Shown: positions 1-5,907 of the stretch, in pieces | How positions within the stretch are numbered: the stretch's first letter is position 1 | How the letters are laid out: every line of letters starts with the position of its first letter | DNA from: Fusobacteriota bacterium | GTDB lineage: Bacteria > Fusobacteriota > Fusobacteriia > Fusobacteriales > JBNJFI01 | Length of the DNA: 10,223 nucleotides | Assembly (NCBI GenBank): GCA_051746725.1 | Contig: JBNJFI010000058.1 | Span: 3,411-13,633 of the forward strand | Direction: 5' to 3' | Position numbers and translations under genes: made by a program | Notes under the pieces: generated by a model | The model's database searches: none | The model's input: only the letters and a program-made list of their open reading frames with translations | Told to the model about the DNA's origin: nothing

Positions 1-439
1 CATCTGCAATCTTTTTTGTATATGGATATGCTTTTGAAAGATGAATAGCTAAATAAAAATTATCCCCTTGAGTCATATACATATAAAAATTTGGTTTGCT
101 GTCTGGGCTATATTGTGGATCATAATACTCTTTTACATCTTTTCCTAAAACATTTTCTAATTCTTCAAAAAAGCTTTTTAATGGTATTCTATTTATTTCA
201 TAAGGTGGTACTTTTAATGTTTTTCTCTGAACAGAATTTGCAATAAAAACATAATTCTGAATAGTCTCTGGTCCCCCTATAAATGGATACTTATCTGTCT
301 TTTCCTTATACTCTTTTAAAAGTTTTGCATAATATTTTGCATGACGATGTTTAATTATGTCTGCATCATTTTGAAACTTAGCAGAAGTACATCCTATCAT
401 TAAAATCTGGATACTTAAAATAAATAATGTCTTTTTCAA
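1..439 (-). CDS. Hypothetical lipoprotein, 3'-truncated by the window edge (not in ORF track)
   Basis: Manual translation from TTG at 439: MKKTLFILSIQILMIGCTSAKFQNDADIIKHRHAKYYAKLLKEYKEKTDKYPFIGG...YYDPQYSPDSKPNFYIYMTQGDNFYLAIHLSKAYPYTKKIAD, 146 codons open to the edge. AGGGGG SD at 446-451, lipobox-like MIG-C17, own promoter at 472-500. Confidence 0.88.
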   Translation of the reverse strand, partial: MKKTLFILSIQILMIGCTSAKFQNDADIIKHRHAKYYAKLLKEYKEKTDKYPFIGGPETIQNYVFIANSVQRKTLKVPPYEINRIPLKSFFEELENVLGKDVKEYYDPQYSPDSKPNFYMYMTQGDNFYLAIHLSKAYPYTKKIAD

Positions 440-471
440 AATTATCCCCCTATGATTCTCGTTATATATTT

Positions 472-500
472 ATTATATAATATTATTACCATAATGTCTA
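472..500 (-). promoter_or_regulatory. Sigma70-type promoter for the 439 lipoprotein gene
   Basis: Minus strand TAGACA (495-500), 17-nt spacer, perfect TATAAT (472-477); lies just downstream of the 533-570 terminator. Confidence 0.75.
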
Positions 501-521
501 GAGTAGTATTTATAATTATTG

Positions 522-577
522 TTAATATAAGAAAAATAATCCAATGGTTTTTACACCATTGGATTATTTTATATTAA
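522..577 (-). terminator. Intrinsic terminator after the phosphatase gene (possibly bidirectional)
   Basis: Perfect 16-bp inverted repeat AAAATAATCCAATGGT (533-548) / ACCATTGGATTATTTT (555-570), 6-nt loop, T-tracts on both strands, extendable by TTAATAT/ATATTAA; stem begins 10 nt after the stop at 581. Confidence 0.9.
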
Positions 578-580
578 TAT

Positions 581-1882
581 CTAACTTTCAAACCTTTTTT
601 GAAATAAAGAAAATTCTTCTTCTGTTAATCCTAATCTATCGATAAAATATTTTTTAGCTTCCTTTTCTAAGGTCATATTCTTGTCATCAATTTCAACATT
701 AAAAATGTTTTCTATGCTATATTTTAATAGGTTTTCATGTCGATACTCCATCATACCCATTCTATTTGATTTTTGATAATCCGTTTTAATCTCTTCCCAT
801 GTAGCACCATTGGCAGCTGCCAAGACAGCAGTTGATACTCCAGTCCTATCAGTTCCTATTGCACAATGAACTAAATAAGGGGGTTCATTATTTATAATAA
901 AGCTTGCGATATTCTTCATAGTTTCAGCAAATTCATCTGAATCAGATTCAAAATATGCTGTGCTATAAGACGAAGTTACTATTAATAAATTATCATTATC
1001 TCTTACTTCTTTATAAACCTTTGGCATTCTTTCATCTTCTAATATATTTTCATCATCTGCTAAATTAATTATAGAGTTAATTTCATGTTTTTTCATTAAT
1101 TTTTGAATAGTTTCATTTCTTTTTAATTCTTCATCTTGATCTTTATGACTTATAAAAGGATGATAACTTCTGTATAATTTGTTCTCTTTGATATCTCCTA
1201 TTGCAACTTCTCTGAAGTTAGTCATTACATATTCAGAATCGAAATCTGTTCTTATTACTGATACTTTTTCATTATCTTCAATTATTCTTTCAAAATTAGT
1301 ATTTTCTTCATCTAAAATCAAAAGATAGTTACTTTCATATGTCCATTGATCATTAAATTTATATCCTTCTGGAACATCTTCATTTGCCTTTAACCAACCT
1401 TCTGTTGGCCTTGACATTCCATTTTTTTCATATTCTCCTTCTGCAATAAAAGCAAATTCAGGAAATCCAGAGTTTCCAGGAATATCTAATTTATCAATAG
1501 GTTTTTTTAATACCCAAAGATTATCTCCTTTTTTGCTCATCTCCCACTCTTTACTTCTATCCCATCCATTAAATGTTCCTGCCACAGACATTTTTTTTAT
1601 ATTTGTTCCCTCATGTAACCATTTTTTAACATCTTCTTTTTTGGCTTCCATATCAAAGATAAATACCACATAGTCATTATCTACATAATAACCTTTATTC
1701 AAGTTTTTTTCTGTCATAAGGTCTTCATTTAGAGTTATATCAACTTTATCTTCTTCCTTTTCCGCTTTTTTTTCTTCTGTTTTTGAATTACTGCTAATCC
1801 CCGTTGCTTTTTTGAAACTACTACATCCTAAAACCCCAAATATTAATAATACACCTAATAATATTTTAATACTGCTTTTCAT
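581..1882 (-). CDS. Lipoprotein: N-terminal glycogen-binding E-set/CBM48-like domain plus C-terminal cysteine-dependent tyrosine/dual-specificity phosphatase (Y_phosphatase3/MptpB-like)
   Basis: 433 aa. AGGAGG SD at 1888-1893; lipobox VLG-C; K/E-rich linker; MSVAGTFNGW (aa 98-107) followed by WEMSKKGDNLWVLK, typical of early-set/CBM48 domains; NFR..LYRS, INL and the P-loop HCAIGTDRTG (aa 339-348, nt 839-868) followed by I..DY..SN, as in the Y_phosphatase3 family. Confidence 0.88.
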   Translation of the reverse strand: MKSSIKILLGVLLIFGVLGCSSFKKATGISSNSKTEEKKAEKEEDKVDITLNEDLMTEKNLNKGYYVDNDYVVFIFDMEAKKEDVKKWLHEGTNIKKMSVAGTFNGWDRSKEWEMSKKGDNLWVLKKPIDKLDIPGNSGFPEFAFIAEGEYEKNGMSRPTEGWLKANEDVPEGYKFNDQWTYESNYLLILDEENTNFERIIEDNEKVSVIRTDFDSEYVMTNFREVAIGDIKENKLYRSYHPFISHKDQDEELKRNETIQKLMKKHEINSIINLADDENILEDERMPKVYKEVRDNDNLLIVTSSYSTAYFESDSDEFAETMKNIASFIINNEPPYLVHCAIGTDRTGVSTAVLAAANGATWEEIKTDYQKSNRMGMMEYRHENLLKYSIENIFNVEIDDKNMTLEKEAKKYFIDRLGLTEEEFSLFQKRFES

Positions 1883-1942
1883 TTTTTCCTCCTATTTTAA
1901 TTTCTCTATTTAAATAATATAAAACTTATCCTTTTTATTTAT

Positions 1943-1993
1943 TTCTACTAATATAAGGAATGTGTCCGGCGGACACTTCCTTATATTATAGAA
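1943..1993. terminator. Long stem-loop between amylase and phosphatase genes (weak terminator or mRNA stabiliser)
   Basis: TAATATAAGGAA (1949-1960) / TTCCTTATATTA (1977-1988), inner GTGTCC (1962-1967) / GGACAC (1971-1976), 3-nt loop, outer TTCTA/TAGAA. No clean U-run after the stem on the minus strand. Confidence 0.6.
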
Positions 1994-2011
1994 CTTTAAA
2001 ATATTTTTATT

Positions 2012-4777
2012 TTATTTCTCCATTATTTCAAAAACATATGCTGACATTGCAGGTATTTTTATAGGAATTCCTGCTGTTTCATCATCTTGATTTATAACAT
2101 CTGATCCTTTAAATTCTATTTCTAAATCTCCCCATAAAATATCCTTTGCAATATAAGTTTTATCTTGATCCAATCCTATCTTTTCAAAAGCAGCCTTTGG
2201 AATTTTTACAAAAGTCTCTGTTGATTCTAACCTATCAAAATTAGCTAGAACTAATATTTTTTGATCTTCTGTCCATCTGAAGTAACCATAATTCTTTCTC
2301 TCAGACCACCCTTTACTTTCGCCTTTTCGATTTGCATAATATATTTGGTAAAAATCTCCTTTTCTTATAGCTTCGTTGTTTGCTGAAAGATTTAAAATAC
2401 TAGAATAAAAACTTCTTAACTTCTTCTGGTCATCGCTTAATCTTCCACCATCAAAATTTCCATCATTTACCCATTTTTGGTGTTCTGGAACTCCCCAATA
2501 ATCAAAGATAGTTGTTCTTCCGTCATCTCCACCAAATCCAGCATCTCCTTTTCCTGGTTCTCCCACTTCCTGTCCAAAATATATCATAACCGGAGCAGTT
2601 GAAAGAGTTGAAGATAAAACCATTGCAGGAACTCCTGCCCACATATCTTCTGCAAAATTTTCTGAAGCAAGTCTGTGTTCATCATGGTTTTCTAAAAATT
2701 TCAACATTTTTGAAGCTATATCTTTTTGTCTTTTATATATTGGATTAATTCCATTTACTGTCCCAATTCCTTGTGTTAATAGTCTTAGATGATCATACAT
2801 TCCAACTTTATCATATAAATAATCAAATTTTCCTTCATCTATATATCTATCGTATTCACCTTCATTATATATTTCTGCTATAAATATAACATCAGAATTA
2901 ACTTTTTTAATCTCTGGAATTACCCATCCCCAAAATTCATGAGGAACCATTCCTGCCATATCACATCTAAATCCATCAACACCTTTATTTACCCAAAACT
3001 CTAAGATGTCTCTCATCTTTATCCAAGTTGATGGAATCGGATCAAAATTACTCTTATTATCTCCAGCGATATCAACTCCATAGTTTAATTTTACAGTTTC
3101 AAACCAATCATATACAGATGGTTTTGCAGAGAAAATATCATTTCCAGTTGCTTTAGCTGGCATCTCTTCAAATTTTCCATCTTCTTTTGGACCAACTTCT
3201 TCTCCTAAAGGATTATGTTCATCTGGAACAACAAATTTCTCTCCAGTGATGTAATAAAAGTTATTATTTGGATTATAATTTTCTTTATCATCATTTGCTC
3301 CTAAAGGTTCTACGCCTTCTGGTAAATTATCAGATTCATATCCCCTGGCTACATGATTAGGAACAAAATCTATCAAAACTTTTAAATCTTTTTCGTGGGT
3401 TCTTTTTACAAGATTTTCAAATTCTTCCATTCTATTATTTACATCATTTGCTAAATCAGGATTTACATCATAATAATCTTTTATAGCATACGGTGAACCA
3501 GCTCTTCCCTTAACTACATCTGCATCATCTAGTTTTATTCCATATTCTGTATAATCTGTCATAGTTGCATGTTCTAATATTCCAGTATACCAAACATGAG
3601 AAACTCCTAATTCTTTTAATCCATCTAAAGCTTTTTCATTAATATCATCAAATTTTCCTACACCATTTTCTTTTATTGTTCCATATTTTTTATTAGTGTC
3701 GTTAGTATTTCCAAATAACCTTGTCATCATTTGATAAATAACTAATTTTTCATCTGTTGTATCAGTTAATTCAAAGTTATCATCTGTTGCAACATAGTTT
3801 TCATCAGCTTCTTTTTCTCCTTTTTCAATTTCAACTAACCTTTCTATGTGTTCTTCTCTAGGGAAATTAATGTATATTGTTCTGTCATCTTTATTAAATA
3901 AATTGAAAATCTTTGAAACTTTAACCCCTGGATCACTATCGCTTCCATCCATCTCATCTGTTATTGCCCACATATTTTTAAGCATATATGCAGCATCACT
4001 TTCAAATTGAGCTAATCTTCTTTGTTCTATATTTGAATCTTCAAATGCGAAATATATTTCTTTTAATTTAAATCTTTCAAAATTTTCTTCTGTAAAGTAA
4101 CATTCTGAAATCCATTTATCTGTTCCATCTATATTATACATTTGAGCTTTACTTCCATTATCCCAGCTACTAGAGTAATTTCCAAAACCACTTTGTTTTT
4201 TTACCCATTGTCCTTTTATATATAAAGGCAACTCAAATTCTGGAGCTTTAATAAGTTCATATCTCTCGTATTTTTCTTCCATTAATTCACTTAATTTTTT
4301 TAAATCCAGCTCCCATATAACCTTTATTGCATTTTCAGGAGCAATTTTAACGGCAAATGAAGAAGTAGTCTCACCTATCTTTACTTTATCTCCATCAGCA
4401 ACTCCTTCTGGTACTTGTATCCAAATAATATCATCTTTCCATTCTAAAAATTCATTAACTTCTGTTTCTCCAATCATTATTGAAGTAGGAGTAGTTCCAA
4501 ATCCCTCTCCTTTAATAGACATTAAAATTCCAGGCTTAACTGTAAGTGGATATCCCATTTCAATTTCTACTTCTCCTAAATCAACATCATCCACAGCCTT
4601 TTTTGCATTGACACCTATCTCTTCTGAAATAATAGTTTCTGATCCTTCAGGCTCAGGTCTCTTTCTTCTTCGTCTTCTAGTTGTTGTCACTTCTTTTTTT
4701 TCCTCTTTTGGTTTTAAAGTATCACATCCTCCAAGTAAAGTTAAAAAAATAATAAATATTAAACCAATTTTCTTCAT
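2012..4777 (-). CDS. GH13 alpha-amylase-family lipoprotein (GH13_38/AmyAc_3-like catalytic domain) with a ~340-aa N-terminal extension including an IPT/TIG-like domain
   Basis: 921 aa. GAGGAGG SD at 4785-4791; lipobox LGG-C18; GH13 conserved regions IDFVPNH, GFRCDMA (D606), FIAEIY (E635), FLENHDE (D699); IYQMMTRLFGN..ENGVGKF..HVWYTGILEHA..KGRAGSPYAIKDYYDV signature; PG..I.G.GFG..W.D..I..VP IPT pattern near aa 80-140. Confidence 0.93.
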   Translation of the reverse strand: MKKIGLIFIIFLTLLGGCDTLKPKEEKKEVTTTRRRRRKRPEPEGSETIISEEIGVNAKKAVDDVDLGEVEIEMGYPLTVKPGILMSIKGEGFGTTPTSIMIGETEVNEFLEWKDDIIWIQVPEGVADGDKVKIGETTSSFAVKIAPENAIKVIWELDLKKLSELMEEKYERYELIKAPEFELPLYIKGQWVKKQSGFGNYSSSWDNGSKAQMYNIDGTDKWISECYFTEENFERFKLKEIYFAFEDSNIEQRRLAQFESDAAYMLKNMWAITDEMDGSDSDPGVKVSKIFNLFNKDDRTIYINFPREEHIERLVEIEKGEKEADENYVATDDNFELTDTTDEKLVIYQMMTRLFGNTNDTNKKYGTIKENGVGKFDDINEKALDGLKELGVSHVWYTGILEHATMTDYTEYGIKLDDADVVKGRAGSPYAIKDYYDVNPDLANDVNNRMEEFENLVKRTHEKDLKVLIDFVPNHVARGYESDNLPEGVEPLGANDDKENYNPNNNFYYITGEKFVVPDEHNPLGEEVGPKEDGKFEEMPAKATGNDIFSAKPSVYDWFETVKLNYGVDIAGDNKSNFDPIPSTWIKMRDILEFWVNKGVDGFRCDMAGMVPHEFWGWVIPEIKKVNSDVIFIAEIYNEGEYDRYIDEGKFDYLYDKVGMYDHLRLLTQGIGTVNGINPIYKRQKDIASKMLKFLENHDEHRLASENFAEDMWAGVPAMVLSSTLSTAPVMIYFGQEVGEPGKGDAGFGGDDGRTTIFDYWGVPEHQKWVNDGNFDGGRLSDDQKKLRSFYSSILNLSANNEAIRKGDFYQIYYANRKGESKGWSERKNYGYFRWTEDQKILVLANFDRLESTETFVKIPKAAFEKIGLDQDKTYIAKDILWGDLEIEFKGSDVINQDDETAGIPIKIPAMSAYVFEIMEK

Positions 4778-4811
4778 ACATCTTCCTCCTCTGTTTTTTT
4801 AGTAATAAATA

Positions 4812-4827
4812 AATGTATCATTACATT
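4812..4827. promoter_or_regulatory. Palindromic candidate repressor operator upstream of the amylase gene
   Basis: AATGTA-TCAT-TACATT between the candidate -10 and the SD. Confidence 0.45.
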
Positions 4828-4838
4828 ATGTTCACTTC

Positions 4839-4867
4839 ATTTTAACACATAACACGCTAAAAATAAA
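4839..4867 (-). promoter_or_regulatory. Candidate extended -10 promoter for the amylase gene
   Basis: Minus strand TG-T-TAAAAT (4839-4847) with a weak -35 TTTATT (4862-4867) at 17-nt spacing. AT-rich context lowers certainty. Confidence 0.45.
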
Positions 4868-4875
4868 CATTATTT

Positions 4876-4896
4876 TCAAAAAAGATTCTTTTTTGA
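4876..4896. repeat. Perfect 21-bp palindrome (operator or weak hairpin)
   Basis: TCAAAAAAGA-T-TCTTTTTTGA: 10-bp arms around a single central base. Confidence 0.7.
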
Positions 4897-4963
4897 CTAA
4901 AATCTAAGAGGAATAATTCAATTCTTCAAAATATGCATACTTCTCACTAAAAAATTTTAATTT

Positions 4964-5692
4964 TCATCTTCTTTCCAAATATCTAAGGGTAAATATCTCA
5001 TCAGATATATCCACATCTAATTTAATATCAGTCATCACTATATCTGTATATGAATCTTGTTTTATCTTATCCTCCATTCTTATTACCGTAGGATAAATTC
5101 TTTTTCCTATCTTTTTTGTATCCATTACATTCATTTCTTTTAGAAGTTTACCTGACTTAGCATACATTTCTGATTTCTCAGTAATAAAGTTAGATTTATT
5201 AACCCAAATTTTTCTTTTATAATATGTTGTCTCTTCTTCCTCTTTTTTGATAAGTTCCATTATATATTGCGTATCTGTTTCTTTTAATATTTTTGATTCA
5301 TATATATCTTTTAATCTATTTCTACTAGTTTGATCTTCATATGAGAAATCACTTCCCATCATACTTTGCCTTAGCATATGTCCAGAGATCTTTATCGTTC
5401 GGTTTGCTCGCGGTAAATACATCCACATGTTATCGCTTATCCTTAAATATTTAGTTCCTTTATCTCTCGCTGGAGATAAAAATTCTACGAAAGATTTTTC
5501 TGAACCTTTTCCATATATTTTCATCTCCTTGGTGTATTCTTTATTATTTTTATTTATAACCATTTTACCTTTATACTCTACTGATTCCGGGGCCATATTA
5601 TAATCCACCTTTTCTAAAATTTCCTCTGGCGTCATGGCAATTATACTTATTGAAACCAATATACAAATTCCCAATACTCTTAATATTTTCAT
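4964..5692 (-). CDS. Outer membrane lipoprotein-sorting protein (LolA-like family)
   Basis: 242 aa. Signal peptide; F.SP.RDKGTKYL..MWMYLP..R..KISG..MGSDFSYED family motif; KSGKLLK and C-terminal F..RYLER; GGAGGG SD at 5701-5706. Confidence 0.9.
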   Translation of the reverse strand: MKILRVLGICILVSISIIAMTPEEILEKVDYNMAPESVEYKGKMVINKNNKEYTKEMKIYGKGSEKSFVEFLSPARDKGTKYLRISDNMWMYLPRANRTIKISGHMLRQSMMGSDFSYEDQTSRNRLKDIYESKILKETDTQYIMELIKKEEEETTYYKRKIWVNKSNFITEKSEMYAKSGKLLKEMNVMDTKKIGKRIYPTVIRMEDKIKQDSYTDIVMTDIKLDVDISDEIFTLRYLERR

Positions 5693-5752
5693 AAAAATCT
5701 CCCTCCTTTTTATAGCGGTAGTGTCAAAAAATTTTGGTCTTTTTCTTTACTA

Positions 5753-5790
5753 CCTCCTCTCCCTTTATGGGAGAGGATCGAGGTGAGGGT
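5753..5790 (-). repeat. BoxC/REP-like GC-rich extragenic element
   Basis: Minus strand ACCCTCACCTCGATCCTCTCCC-ATAAA-GGGAGAGGAGG; 9-bp perfect stem TCCTCTCCC (5755-5763) / GGGAGAGGA (5769-5777); a degenerate inverted partial copy CTCACCTC at 5810-5817. Matches the CCCTCACC..CCTCTCCC-N5-GGGAGAGG pattern I recall beside DUF559 genes. Confidence 0.75.
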
Positions 5791-5802
5791 GTCTCTTTTA
5801 TA

Positions 5803-5907
5803 CTAAAATCTCACCTCTTGTGCTTTTCTTAAGTATAAAACACTTTCTAATATTTTCTCTATAACTCCCTCTAAATTTTCCATAACTTCATTATTCCAAA
5901 ATCTTAT
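5803..5907 (-). pseudogene. 3' remnant of a DUF559/Vsr-like endonuclease gene
   Basis: Translates IRFWNNEVMENLEGVIEKILESVLYLRKAQEVRF* (TAG at 5803-5805). RFWNNEV..NLEGV..I is the characteristic C-terminal motif of DUF559 proteins; the 5' part of the gene is missing. Confidence 0.8.

Noticed and set aside
839..868. PTP-like phytase assignment for the phosphatase
   Set aside because: Those enzymes have HCxxGxGR with basic pockets; the GxDR loop and NFR/LYRS motifs fit the Y_phosphatase3 family better.
1591..1598. Homopolymer T/A tracts as phase-variation sites
   Set aside because: Runs of 7-8 are expected at this AT content and the frames are intact.
4608..4802. 64-aa plus-strand ORF
   Set aside because: Antisense shadow of the amylase N-terminus; no evident SD.
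5709..5727. TTGACA...TATAAA as an internal promoter for the LolA-like gene
   Set aside because: Spacer is only 7 nt; a 17-nt spacer would put the -10 inside the SD.
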